From assembly GCA_963668025.2 (NCBI GenBank), contig CAXXTH010000021.1, forward strand, positions 32,001-96,000: a DNA stretch of 64,000 nt. The letters run 5' to 3'. A program made the translations under genes and the position numbers. Shown piece after piece: positions 46,266 to 56,067 of this stretch. Numbering within the stretch: the stretch's first letter is position 1; every line of letters starts with the position of its first letter. The notes below the pieces were generated by a model. That model did not search any database. It was given only the letters and a program-made list of their open reading frames with translations, and was not told where the DNA came from. Source of the stretch: Candidatus Hydrogenedentota bacterium (GTDB taxonomy: Bacteria > Hydrogenedentota > Hydrogenedentia > Hydrogenedentales > SLHB01).

Positions 46266-47708
46266 ATGGCGACAGTTACAGAAAAACAATTGGCTTACAA
46301 GGTGGCGGACATGGGCCTTGCCGCTTGGGGCCGCAAAGAGATCGACATGGCCGAGAAGGAAATGCCCGGCCTGATGGTGATCCGCGAACGCTATGCGCCG
46401 AAACAGCCTCTCAAGGGCGTGCGCGTGTCGGGTTCACTCCACATGACCATCCAGACGGCCGTGCTCATCGAGACGCTCAAGGCGTTGGGCGCGGATGTGC
46501 GCTGGGCGAGCTGCAATATCTACTCGACCCAGGACCATGCCGCCGCCGCCATCGCGGAGGCGGGCATTCCAGTTTTCGCGTGGAAAGGCGAGACGCTCGA
46601 GGATTACTGGTGGTGTACACTTCAGGCCCTGACGTGGCCCGACGGCAAAGGCCCGCAGCTTATCGTGGACGACGGCGGCGACGCGACGCTGCTCATCCAC
46701 CGGGGCTTCGACTTCGAGGAGCATTTCTCGGCGAAAGGCGTGCTGCCAGCGGTCTCCACGGAAAACAAGGAGATCACCATCATCGACACGCTGTTGCACG
46801 AGGTACACGGCGAGACGCCCGCGAAATGGCATGAGTACATGAAGGACTGGGTGGGCGTGTCGGAAGAGACCACGACGGGCGTACACCGGCTGTACCATTG
46901 GATGAAGGAAGGCAAGCTCCGCACGCGCGCCATCAACGTGAACGATTCGGTGACGAAGTCGAAGTTCGACAACATTTACGGCTGCCGCGAATCGCTGGCC
47001 GATGGCATCAAGCGTGCGACGGACGTGATGATGGCGGGCAAAGTCGTGGTCGTGGCGGGTTATGGCGATGTGGGCAAAGGCTGCGCGCAAGCCATGAAAG
47101 GCCTCGGCTCACGCGTGCTCATCACTGAAATCGACCCCATCTGCGCCCTTCAGGCATGCATGGAAGGATACGAGGTGGTCACTATGGAAGCGGCCGCGTC
47201 CGTGGGCGATATTTTCGTGACCACGACGGGCTGCTGTGATGTGATTCGCGGCGAGCATTTCGTCAAGATGAAGGACGAGGCGATTGTCTGCAACATCGGC
47301 CACTTCGACTCGGAAGTGGACATCAACTGGCTCGAAACGAATCCCGATGTCGAGGAGATGAACATCAAGCCGCAAGTGGACAAGTTCATCTTCAAGTCCA
47401 CGGGCAGGAGCATCATCATGCTGGCGCGTGGCCGCCTGGTGAACCTCGGCTGCGCCACGGGCCACCCGTCGTTTGTCATGTCCAACTCGTTCTCGAACCA
47501 GACACTCGCCGCCATCTCGCTCTGGACCGAGACAAGCAAATACGAGATCGGCAAGGTGTATACGCTGCCGAAGATTTTGGATGAGGAAGTGGCGCGGTTG
47601 CACCTCGGCAAGCTGGGCGCTAAGCTCGAATGCTTATCCGATGCCCAGTCGAAGTATTTGGGCGTGCCTGTTGATGGGCCGTATAAACCGGATCACTACC
47701 GCTACTAA
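46266..47708 (+). CDS. ahcY: Adenosylhomocysteinase
   Basis: [56 protein letters not shown]. Confidence 0.98.
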   Translation: MATVTEKQLAYKVADMGLAAWGRKEIDMAEKEMPGLMVIRERYAPKQPLKGVRVSGSLHMTIQTAVLIETLKALGADVRWASCNIYSTQDHAAAAIAEAGIPVFAWKGETLEDYWWCTLQALTWPDGKGPQLIVDDGGDATLLIHRGFDFEEHFSAKGVLPAVSTENKEITIIDTLLHEVHGETPAKWHEYMKDWVGVSEETTTGVHRLYHWMKEGKLRTRAINVNDSVTKSKFDNIYGCRESLADGIKRATDVMMAGKVVVVAGYGDVGKGCAQAMKGLGSRVLITEIDPICALQACMEGYEVVTMEAAASVGDIFVTTTGCCDVIRGEHFVKMKDEAIVCNIGHFDSEVDINWLETNPDVEEMNIKPQVDKFIFKSTGRSIIMLARGRLVNLGCATGHPSFVMSNSFSNQTLAAISLWTETSKYEIGKVYTLPKILDEEVARLHLGKLGAKLECLSDAQSKYLGVPVDGPYKPDHYRY

Positions 47709-47723
47709 GGCATTAGACATGGC

Positions 47724-47758
47724 GGGAGCCTCTTCTTACTTTTAAGAAGAAGCTCCCG
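47724..47758. terminator. Hairpin between convergent ahcY and purD
   Basis: CGGGAGC..CTTCTTA-CTTT-TAAGAAG.AGCTCCCG. Confidence 0.6.
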
Positions 47759-47766
47759 TACGTTGA

Positions 47767-49047
47767 TTATAGGCCTAGATGCTTGAGCGCTTTGCTGCCG
47801 ATATCGTTGCGATAGTGGGCATCTTCGAAGTGGATGCATCGCACGGCGGCATACGCGGCGTCAATCGCCTTGGGAATTGTTTCACCACAAGCGGTGACAT
47901 TGAGGACGCGGCCGCCGTTGGTCACGACACGCCCGTTATCCCAGGCCGTGCCCGCATGGAACACCATAGCAGCACCCTCCCGCTGGGCGTCATCGAGCCC
48001 TTCGATGGGCTTGCCTTTTTGGTATGGGCCTGGATAACCGCCGGAGGCCATGACGACCGTGACACAGGCGTCTTGCGTCCATTCGATCTGGATCTGGTCC
48101 AGGGAGCCATTGGTGCAGGCGACGAAAACGGGGATGATATCGGACTTCATTCGGGGCAGGACGACTTGGGTCTCGGGATCGCCGAACCGGCAATTGAACT
48201 CGATGACTTTTGGGCCGTTCACAGTCATCATGAGCCCGGCGTACAACACGCCTGCATACGGAGCTCCTTCCGAGGCCATGGCGTCAACGGTTGGTTGCAA
48301 GATGGTGCGCTGGATTTCGGCGCACCATTCAGGCGTGACGACCGGCGCGGGCGAATAGGCCCCCATGCCACCCGTGTTCGGGCCTTCATCGCCATCGAAT
48401 ACGGGCTTATGGTCTTGGCTGGTGGCCATGGGCACCACGGTACGGCCATCGGTGAAGGCCAGTATGGACGCTTCTTCCCCTTCGAGATATTCCTCGATGA
48501 TGATGCGCGAGCCTGCTTCGCCGAATGCTCGGTCGAGCATGGCCTGGCAGATCGCGTTCACGGCGGCATTCACATCACGCGCCACGGTGACGCCTTTGCC
48601 CGCGGCCAGTCCATCGGCCTTGACGACCACGGGCGCCCCGCGATCTTTCACATAGGCGATAGCCTCTTCCGCGTCCGAGAATTCCGCATAGGCCCCGGTG
48701 GGGATGCCATATTTCATCATCAGGCGTTTGGCGAATGATTTGCTCGATTCGAGCTGGGCGGCGGCGGCGCGGGGGCCGAAAACCATGAGCCCTTCTTCGT
48801 GGAACCGGTCAACGATGCCGTGGGCCAAGGGGTCTTCCGGCCCTACGATGACTAAGCCAATCTGCTTATCCCGTGTAAACTGAACGAGCCCATCAAAGTC
48901 TTGGGTGCTGATGGCGATGCATTCTGCTTGCTGGGCAATGCCCGCATTGCCCGGGGCGCAATAGACTTTGCCCACCATAGGGCTTTGGGCGATTTTCCAC
49001 ACGAGGGCATACTCGCGCCCGCCACTTCCGATCACTAAAACGTCCAC
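47767..49047 (-). CDS. purD: Phosphoribosylamine--glycine ligase
   Basis: GSGGRE, APGNAG, KADGLAAGKGV, GPNTGGMG, EFNCRFGDPE, GGRVL. Confidence 0.98.
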   Translation of the reverse strand: MDVLVIGSGGREYALVWKIAQSPMVGKVYCAPGNAGIAQQAECIAISTQDFDGLVQFTRDKQIGLVIVGPEDPLAHGIVDRFHEEGLMVFGPRAAAAQLESSKSFAKRLMMKYGIPTGAYAEFSDAEEAIAYVKDRGAPVVVKADGLAAGKGVTVARDVNAAVNAICQAMLDRAFGEAGSRIIIEEYLEGEEASILAFTDGRTVVPMATSQDHKPVFDGDEGPNTGGMGAYSPAPVVTPEWCAEIQRTILQPTVDAMASEGAPYAGVLYAGLMMTVNGPKVIEFNCRFGDPETQVVLPRMKSDIIPVFVACTNGSLDQIQIEWTQDACVTVVMASGGYPGPYQKGKPIEGLDDAQREGAAMVFHAGTAWDNGRVVTNGGRVLNVTACGETIPKAIDAAYAAVRCIHFEDAHYRNDIGSKALKHLGL

Positions 49048-49101
49048 CGAAACCTCCTCGAATGCCGCATCTGCTTTTTGAGTCCAGGCCGGCTAAGCCT
49101 G

Positions 49102-49701
49102 TTATGCGCGCGCCAGCGCTAAATAATCCGCGATTACTTGGTCATAATGGGCCGTGCATGCGAATGCTTCCTGCGCCAGCAAAAAACGCGTGGGGTAGGT
49201 CACCGCGCCATTATGCGCGCGCATCTCGTGCATGATGGCGCTGTACCGTTCTGGATTGACGACCACCGTGACATACCGGAAATTTTTCGCGGCGGACCGA
49301 AGCATGGTCGCGCCGCCGATGTCGATTTGCTCGATGACTTCATCCATGGTAATGCCCGGCTGTTGGACAAGGGATTCGACGGGATGGAGATTCACCACGA
49401 CCAAGTCTATCCATTTATAGTCGTCCGCTTGAAGCTGCTCGCAATGGATCTTGTTGTCGCGGATGCCGAGGAGGCCGGCATGGACCTTTGGATGCAACGA
49501 TTTAACCCGGCCATCCATCATTTCTTGTACGCCAGTAAAATCGGCGATGCTCACGGCGTGGACGCCCGCCTCGTGCAACACTTTAAGCGTGCCTGCGGTG
49601 CTGATGATCTCGACGCCATATTCAGCCAGCAATTTCGCGAGTTCCACGATGCCGGTTTTATCATGACAGCTAATGATGGCGCGGCTGATGGTTCTCATCA
49701 T
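49102..49701 (-). CDS. purH: IMP cyclohydrolase (MGS-like) domain of PurH only
   Basis: RAIISCHDKTG, STAGT, GRVKSLHPKVHAG, IDIGG.TMLRSAAKN. Ends at TAHYD.VIADYL, with no AICAR transformylase domain. Confidence 0.85.
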   Translation of the reverse strand: MMRTISRAIISCHDKTGIVELAKLLAEYGVEIISTAGTLKVLHEAGVHAVSIADFTGVQEMMDGRVKSLHPKVHAGLLGIRDNKIHCEQLQADDYKWIDLVVVNLHPVESLVQQPGITMDEVIEQIDIGGATMLRSAAKNFRYVTVVVNPERYSAIMHEMRAHNGAVTYPTRFLLAQEAFACTAHYDQVIADYLALARA

Positions 49702-49914
49702 TGTGCCTCCTGCAATCCTGCGCAAACGCCTGTCCGCTCCACTAGCGGGCCAACTATCATAGCGCGTTTCGATCCAAAAATGAACTTAAAATCTTTCTCT
49801 CAAGAACCGGGTGGTTGACCTGCCAAGATGGGGCCACTACACTATCGAGCGGGCGCTGGCCTCTGGTGAGGCTGGAGTGCAGCATGTGTGTGATTCGCGG
49901 AAGGAGAGCATTCC

Positions 49915-50796
49915 ATGTATGTGTCGATTCGTGATTGCATGGTGGCGGGGGAGGAGTTTTCGAGCCCCGTCGAGGGCATGCGCCGGTTGGGCATTGAAGC
50001 GGTCGAACTCGAACTGCGCCCGGATTATTCGGTGTACGCCATGGATTCGCGGGAGCTGGTGTCCCTGAACACGGATGCAGACGCCAAAGCGTATAAGAAG
50101 CACCTGGACAGCCTCGGGATTCGGGGTTGCTGTTTGTTGACGTTTTATGATTTCACCGTGGATGATGTCGAGAAAGGCATCGCGTTTTTGGCGCGGGCGG
50201 TCGAACTGGCGGATATGCTGGGTATGGCGAGCATTCGGGTGGATCCGGCCATGCGGCGCGAGCGCGAATTGGATTTTGAAACGCGGGTGCGGCTGTTCGC
50301 CCAGGCATGGGGAGGAGCCATCGAACGCACGGCGGGTACGAAGGTGGCCCTTGGCATCGAGAATCATGGATTTCAAGGCAACAATCTGGCCTTCCAACTA
50401 AACATATACAAGCTCATCAACTCGGAGCGTATGGGCTCGACGATGGATACGGGCAATTTCTATTGGCGCGGGTATCCATTATCTGAAATATATGGCATTT
50501 TGAATATTCTCGCGCCATATGCGAAGCACACCCATCTGAAGAACATCAAGTATCCGGTGGAAACACGTGAAACGATCCGGGAGGCGGGATGGGAGTATAT
50601 GGCCTACGTCGCGCCGCTGGATGAAGGCGATATCGAGCACGCAAAGGTGGCGCGGCTGCTTGCCGACGCGGGATACCAGGGCGATCTATGCATCGAAGAC
50701 GAATCGCTCGGTAAATTCGCCCCTGGAGAAGAACGCATTGCCGTGCTCGAACGCGATGTCGCCCATGTGAAAGGGATCATCGCGGCAATAGGCTGA
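49915..50796 (+). CDS. Sugar phosphate isomerase/epimerase (xylose isomerase-like TIM barrel)
   Basis: IENHG, DTGN, HLKN, GY.G.L.IE. Confidence 0.88.
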   Translation: MYVSIRDCMVAGEEFSSPVEGMRRLGIEAVELELRPDYSVYAMDSRELVSLNTDADAKAYKKHLDSLGIRGCCLLTFYDFTVDDVEKGIAFLARAVELADMLGMASIRVDPAMRRERELDFETRVRLFAQAWGGAIERTAGTKVALGIENHGFQGNNLAFQLNIYKLINSERMGSTMDTGNFYWRGYPLSEIYGILNILAPYAKHTHLKNIKYPVETRETIREAGWEYMAYVAPLDEGDIEHAKVARLLADAGYQGDLCIEDESLGKFAPGEERIAVLERDVAHVKGIIAAIG

Positions 50797-50799
50797 GCC

Positions 50800-51003
50800 C
50801 CGAATCACCGGATAAGAGAAAAGAGAGATGCACTTTCCGTGGCATGGCCGTCCCGGCCATGCGCATGGGCGAGACGACCATGCCACGGGATCTCACCACA
50901 TAGGTAAAATGGATAATGACTGCATCGTGAGATGAATGAGCGTGAATGTATGTGGTATTTGTATGCACACGCCTACACACACCGTATTTCCCCGGTGATT
51001 AGG
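50800..51003. mobile_element. MITE-like unit containing a REP doublet
   Basis: Ends CCGAATCACCGG / CCGGTGATTAGG; REP doublet at 50839-50886; body homologous to 22731-22899. Confidence 0.6.
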
Positions 51004-51056
51004 ATTGAGTGGAGTCTATGCAGGGCCAGGTGTCAGCATAACATCCGGCAGGTTTT

Positions 51057-51455
51057 TCAGAAATCTTCGAGCGATTCCTGCCGGTGTAGGCCTACGCTAT
51101 CCGCGATTTCCTGTTCAGCTTTGTCGGTATCAGGCGCATTGTATAGCACCAGTTTGTGTAAATGCGCGAGGCTGTCGGGGTCCGTTTCCGTGAACTCGAT
51201 GGCGATTCCCGCCGCATCCGAACGGACGACCTTGCCTTGGGCTTCCGCACGAATGGATTCCGCGCCGCCCTCGAGTAGCAAGAGTACTTGGCATGTGGAG
51301 CCTATGGGAGCTAGTGTATCCGTAGCCAGAAATACTCCCTTTATGCTGATGTCCCGGAGGGTGCCTAGGATGGGATTTCCGGTTCCTGCAGTTAGGCGCA
51401 CTTCGATGTGCACCGGAGAGCGGGAGAACTCCCGCCGGTTTGCATTTGCGTCCAT
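51057..51455 (-). CDS. PilZ-domain protein
   Basis: RREFSR (RxxxR) and DISIKG (DxSxxG). Confidence 0.88.
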   Translation of the reverse strand: MDANANRREFSRSPVHIEVRLTAGTGNPILGTLRDISIKGVFLATDTLAPIGSTCQVLLLLEGGAESIRAEAQGKVVRSDAAGIAIEFTETDPDSLAHLHKLVLYNAPDTDKAEQEIADSVGLHRQESLEDF

Positions 51456-51642
51456 ATCCGCTGCCTCCCCTGTATATAAGCCGCCCAAGCTAACTCTATT
51501 CTAACACGGCGTCCTCACTATCCCAAAGAGCGAAATCACCGGGGCAATCGTATTAAAAAGTCGCACTTTTCTTTCTCGTCAGAGTATTAGTGTTTGTTTG
51601 TCAGAACATATCTGAAATGTCACTTTCCATATTCCGGAGAAT

Positions 51643-51708
51643 GAGCCACAAAAGGCGCAAAAGATACAAAAATGAATAGGCTCTTGCGTCTTTTGTGCTT
51701 CTTGAGGC
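51643..51708. repeat. Tandem-unit palindrome variant (CACAAAAG type), degenerate
   Basis: GCCACAAAAGGCGCAAAAGATACAAAA ... CTTGCGTCTTTTGTGCTTCTTGAGGC. Confidence 0.7.
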
Positions 51709-51767
51709 CAATTCGGGTTGTTTTTTATGTGATCACTTTAGCGAAATCACATCCAGAAGAGTGCGCT

Positions 51768-52487
51768 TTATGCCCGCTGGCGCGCCAAAAAACGCTCGAC
51801 GAAAGGTGTCGCTGGCGCATGCTGCAATTCGTCTGGCGCGCCAATCTGATGGCATTGGCCGTCTTGAAGCACGGCGATGCGATGGGCCAGCTCGATGGCC
51901 TCTTCCTGATCATGCGTGACATACACGGCGGTGAACCCGAGGCGCCGTTGAAGCTCCGCGAGCTGGGCGCGAGTGCTATACCGCAATTCGGCGTCAAGAT
52001 TGCTCAGCGGTTCATCCAGCAGCAATATCTCCGGCCGGACCGCCAGCGCCCGAGCCAGCGCGACGCGTTGCTGCTGGCCTCCGCTCAATTCGGACACTTG
52101 GCGTTCGCCCATGCCCTCGAGCTGCACCAAGGCCAGGGCCTCTTCGACTCGAGTGGCAATCTCGCGCCGGGGGACGCCCCGGGCGCGCGGGCCATACGCC
52201 ACATTGCCAAAGACATCCAGATGGGGGAAAAGGGCGTAATTTTGAAACACCAGCGCAGCATTGCGGCGTTCCGGGGGCAGATGCGTCACCTCATGGCCAT
52301 TTATCCAGACCGAGCCTTCCGAGGGCCTTTCGAGTCCCGCAGCCACGCGCAAGGTAGTGGTTTTGCCGCAGCCGCTTGGGCCAAGAATCGCGAAAAACTC
52401 ACCTTGCTCGATGGAGCAGGTGAAATCGCGAATCCCGCCGCCACCGGCGTACATGCAGGTGATCCCGTTAAAACGCAGGCTGCTCAT
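51768..52487 (-). CDS. ABC transporter ATPase (FbpC/PotA-like)
   Basis: [46 protein letters not shown]. Confidence 0.92.
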   Translation of the reverse strand: MSSLRFNGITCMYAGGGGIRDFTCSIEQGEFFAILGPSGCGKTTTLRVAAGLERPSEGSVWINGHEVTHLPPERRNAALVFQNYALFPHLDVFGNVAYGPRARGVPRREIATRVEEALALVQLEGMGERQVSELSGGQQQRVALARALAVRPEILLLDEPLSNLDAELRYSTRAQLAELQRRLGFTAVYVTHDQEEAIELAHRIAVLQDGQCHQIGAPDELQHAPATPFVERFLARQRA

Positions 52488-53476
52488 GGGGCTTGGTATA
52501 CCTCCTTCACCCAGCGTTCGCACCATTCCTGTTCATGTGCGGCGAAGGCGTTCCAATCGATTTGCATAGGCTCGAGGGGAAGGGAGGCCGCCGGAGGCAG
52601 GGTGGCGGGGTCGAGATCCTTACGCACGGGGATTTTTGCATACGCGTGGGCCTGGTGGGCCAGCGATTCGGGTGATGTCACGAACTCGTAAAATTTTCGC
52701 GCCCAATCCGGATGTGGCGCTCCTTTGAGGATAGCGATGCCCTCGAGTATGGATGGCGCTCCGGGCGGCACGATACAGTCGAAGGGATATTGGTTGCGTT
52801 CGCGCTGAAGCGTGACATCCGGCGCGAGCCATACGGTCACCAGTTCGCCGCGCCGCTTGATATGGTCAAACAGGAATTGGGGCGATTCTTCATACGATTC
52901 CGTATGGGCATGGAGTTTTCTAAGCCATTCCAGTCCGGCGTCGACGGAAGGCTGTCGCATGATCATGGCATAGAGGAAGGTGCGCAATGTCCCAGAAGAC
53001 ATGGGTTTGCGGAGGGTGAGCTTGCCTTGCCATTTGGGTTCGATTAGCTCATCCCATGTCTGCGGAGCGGTCTGCTTGGTATATACCGTGTTATTGAACA
53101 ATATGGCTAAGGGAGAACGGAAGATGGCGTACCAGCGGTCCTCGGGATCCCGGCAATCCGCATCAACGGCATTTGCCCAAGTGGGGCGGTAGGAATCGAG
53201 GAGCCCATCGCTGGCGGCCTGGATAAACATGCTCAAGGGAGCGCCCCACCAGATATCGCCTTGGGGGCGGGCCGATTCCGCTTTCACCCGGGCGTACACA
53301 TCCTGAGCGCCCATGTCGAGCACCTGGACATCCACTTCTGGGTAGGCCGCTTCAAAGCGGGCCTCGTAGTCGCCCAAGACTTCTGGGCCGTGCGGACTAT
53401 AGATTACAACGGTGTCACGCGGGGCGGAACACCCCGCAAGCATGCCCAGCAGCCAAATCCACTTCAAAAAGCGCAT
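52484..53476 (-). CDS. ABC substrate-binding lipoprotein (Fe3+/thiamine/phosphonate class)
   Basis: Lipobox LAGC, E..RPQGD.WWG, PQTWDEL..PKW.G. Confidence 0.88.
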   Translation of the reverse strand: MRFLKWIWLLGMLAGCSAPRDTVVIYSPHGPEVLGDYEARFEAAYPEVDVQVLDMGAQDVYARVKAESARPQGDIWWGAPLSMFIQAASDGLLDSYRPTWANAVDADCRDPEDRWYAIFRSPLAILFNNTVYTKQTAPQTWDELIEPKWQGKLTLRKPMSSGTLRTFLYAMIMRQPSVDAGLEWLRKLHAHTESYEESPQFLFDHIKRRGELVTVWLAPDVTLQRERNQYPFDCIVPPGAPSILEGIAILKGAPHPDWARKFYEFVTSPESLAHQAHAYAKIPVRKDLDPATLPPAASLPLEPMQIDWNAFAAHEQEWCERWVKEVYQAP

Positions 53477-53636
53477 TACAGGCCTCCTGTTGATGCGCCC
53501 ATTGTGTCACAAGCAATGGTTTGTGGCAAGAAGAGGGCCTTGAAATGTGAATCCATTGCCCAAACATGCTATACTCCGCTCTTATGTGCGTGAATCGCCC
53601 GAAATTCAGGAAAGCCGTAAACTTGAGGATTACAGG

Positions 53637-54617
53637 ATGATACGTTCGCGCATCATTGGCACGGGTAGCTATCTTCCCGAAAAGGTTCTCACGAATCATG
53701 ATCTGGAGAAGCTGACCGATACGAATGACGAATGGATTCGGCAACGGACGGGGATCGAGCAACGCCATGTAGTCGCTGAGGGCGAAGGCACCTCGGATTT
53801 GGGCGCGCGCGCCGCATTGCGGGCTATCGAATCGGCGGGCATCAAGCCGTCGGATATCGATTTGGTGGTTTGCAGCACCATGACGCCCGACTATGTGTTT
53901 CCCTCGGCGTCTTGCCTGATCCAGCATAAAATTGGCGCTCATCATGCGGCCGCGGTTGATGTGCAAGCGGCATGTACGGGCTTCATTTATGGCTTATCCG
54001 TGACGGACGCCTTTATCCGGGCCGGAATATATAAGACCATCCTGCTGGTGGGCGCGGATATCATGTCCAACCGGTTGATTTGGGAGAACCGTGACACGGC
54101 GGTGTTGTTTGGCGATGGCGCGGGGGCCGTGGTCGTGCGTGGAGAAAAAAGCCCGCATGGCGTGTTATCGACGTTTCTTGCCGCGGATGGCGGCCACCTC
54201 GATATGTTTTATGTGCCATCAGGAGGCTCGAAAAACATTCTTCGCCCCGAGACGATAGCGAAGATGGACCTTTCCATTATTATGAAGGGCCGGGAATTAT
54301 TTAAAAAGGCGGTCAGTTCGTTTTCGGAAGCCGCTCAAAAGGCGCTCGAAGCAACGGGCATGTCTATTGAGGATGTAGACCTTATTGTGCCGCACCAGGC
54401 CAACACACGCATAATTTATAGTTTTTCTGATAAACTAGGCGTGCCGCGCGAGAAGGTATTCGTGAATATTCAGAAAGTAGGCAACACCGTGGCCGCCACC
54501 ATTCCCATTGCGCTAGACGACGCAGTTCGCGCAGGCAGTCTCAAGCAAGGGAATATCGCCTTGCTGCTGGCCTTTGGCGCGGGGCTCACATGGGGCTCGG
54601 CCATGGTGCGATGGTAG
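53637..54617 (+). CDS. fabH: Beta-ketoacyl-ACP synthase III
   Basis: GTGSYLP, WI..RTGI..R, AACTGF, LFGDGAGA, PHQAN, GNT, FGAGLTWG. Confidence 0.97.
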   Translation: MIRSRIIGTGSYLPEKVLTNHDLEKLTDTNDEWIRQRTGIEQRHVVAEGEGTSDLGARAALRAIESAGIKPSDIDLVVCSTMTPDYVFPSASCLIQHKIGAHHAAAVDVQAACTGFIYGLSVTDAFIRAGIYKTILLVGADIMSNRLIWENRDTAVLFGDGAGAVVVRGEKSPHGVLSTFLAADGGHLDMFYVPSGGSKNILRPETIAKMDLSIIMKGRELFKKAVSSFSEAAQKALEATGMSIEDVDLIVPHQANTRIIYSFSDKLGVPREKVFVNIQKVGNTVAATIPIALDDAVRAGSLKQGNIALLLAFGAGLTWGSAMVRW

Positions 54618-54702
54618 AGCCCGCCTCGGCCGCCCTCTAGAACGCGGCGGCCCCGGCATAATGGGCCTTCAGGCCCGAGAAGGAAAGTGGAGAGCCAGGT
54701 AC

Positions 54703-56067
54703 TTGAGCACAATTGCATTGAAAGCGCTGGGGAACGGACCCGAAATTGGAGCAAATAGCTATTTAGTCACATCAGAAGCAGGCCAAGTGCTGCTCGATTG
54801 CGGCCTGCATCCCAAAAAAGATGGGCTGGAGGCCCTTCCCGCTCTAGGCCAGTTAGATGCGCCGCCCCTCGCTGTTATCGTGTCTCATGCTCATATTGAC
54901 CACTGTGGCGCGGTGCCGCGCTTGCTTAAAGCCTTTCCCTCGACCGAGTGTTATGCCACCCAGCCCACGCTGAGCATCATGGACCGCATGCTGCACAACA
55001 GCGTTTCGGTGATGGGAACGTTAGCGTTGGAGCGTGGTATTTCTGGTTATCCGCTTTATTCGCATGGCGATGTGGAAAACGCCTTGAGGCGGGCATATGG
55101 GCTGGGCATGGGGCATGAGTTCTCTTTATCATGGGAAAGCCCCATTCGTGCGGCTTTCCATCCAAACGGCCATGTGCTGGGAAGCGCAAGCATTTTGTTG
55201 CGGATACCTGGCCACACGCTGTTGTATTCGGGCGATGTCTGCGTGTCGGAGCAGGAACTCATGGGTGGGTTGTCGCCTCTGAGTGATGCGGGCGTGGACA
55301 CCTTGATGATCGAATGCACTCGAGGCTCCCATGTGGAAGGGCCGCACATCACGCTGCAAGCGGAAGTGCGCAAACTCTGTAAAGAGATAAAGGCCGTGCT
55401 GCTTCAAGGCGGCGTGGCGCTTGTGCCGTCATTCGCCCTCGGGCGCACCCAGGAAATCCTCAATATCCTCGCCCGGCTGCAAGAAAATGGGAAACTGCCG
55501 GATGTGCCTATCTACGCTTCGGGCCTCGGGCGGGCTGTCTACGAAGTATATTCAAAGTACACGGAATACCTTAAACCTACGGCGGAACTACGCCCCCTCC
55601 AAGGATTCAAGCGCATCGGCGATGTCTGGGAACGCAATGTACGGCGGGATTTATTAAAATCGCCGTGTATTATCGTGGCCACCTCGGGCATGATGATGGA
55701 AAACACGCCTTCGGCCATGCTCGCCCAGGATCTGGTGCGGAATGAACGCCATGGCATTTTCTTCGTAGGCTACCTTGATCCGGACACCTTAGGCCACAAG
55801 CTCCTGCATGCCAAGAAGGGGGAACAGCTTACCTTTGAAGTGAGCGGGCAGCCCATCGAGATTGTGCTCGAAAACAGGCAGCGCTTTCATTTTAGCGCCC
55901 ACGCCCACCGGGAGCATTTAAGGTGGATCATTGAAAAAGTGAATCCCCGCAACGTGGTCTTTGTTCATGGTGACAAAGACGCTATTCAATGGATGTATGA
56001 CAATTGCCCGGGCCATATGCGCAAGTTCATCCCGGCGCCTGGTGAAGAGCTGCTTATCGATGTCTGA
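54703..56067 (+). CDS. MBL-fold metallo-hydrolase / beta-CASP RNase
   Basis: EIGANSY, LLDCG, SHAHIDH, GHVLG, YSGD, FALGRTQE, FSAHA, FVHG. Confidence 0.9.
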   Translation: MSTIALKALGNGPEIGANSYLVTSEAGQVLLDCGLHPKKDGLEALPALGQLDAPPLAVIVSHAHIDHCGAVPRLLKAFPSTECYATQPTLSIMDRMLHNSVSVMGTLALERGISGYPLYSHGDVENALRRAYGLGMGHEFSLSWESPIRAAFHPNGHVLGSASILLRIPGHTLLYSGDVCVSEQELMGGLSPLSDAGVDTLMIECTRGSHVEGPHITLQAEVRKLCKEIKAVLLQGGVALVPSFALGRTQEILNILARLQENGKLPDVPIYASGLGRAVYEVYSKYTEYLKPTAELRPLQGFKRIGDVWERNVRRDLLKSPCIIVATSGMMMENTPSAMLAQDLVRNERHGIFFVGYLDPDTLGHKLLHAKKGEQLTFEVSGQPIEIVLENRQRFHFSAHAHREHLRWIIEKVNPRNVVFVHGDKDAIQWMYDNCPGHMRKFIPAPGEELLIDV

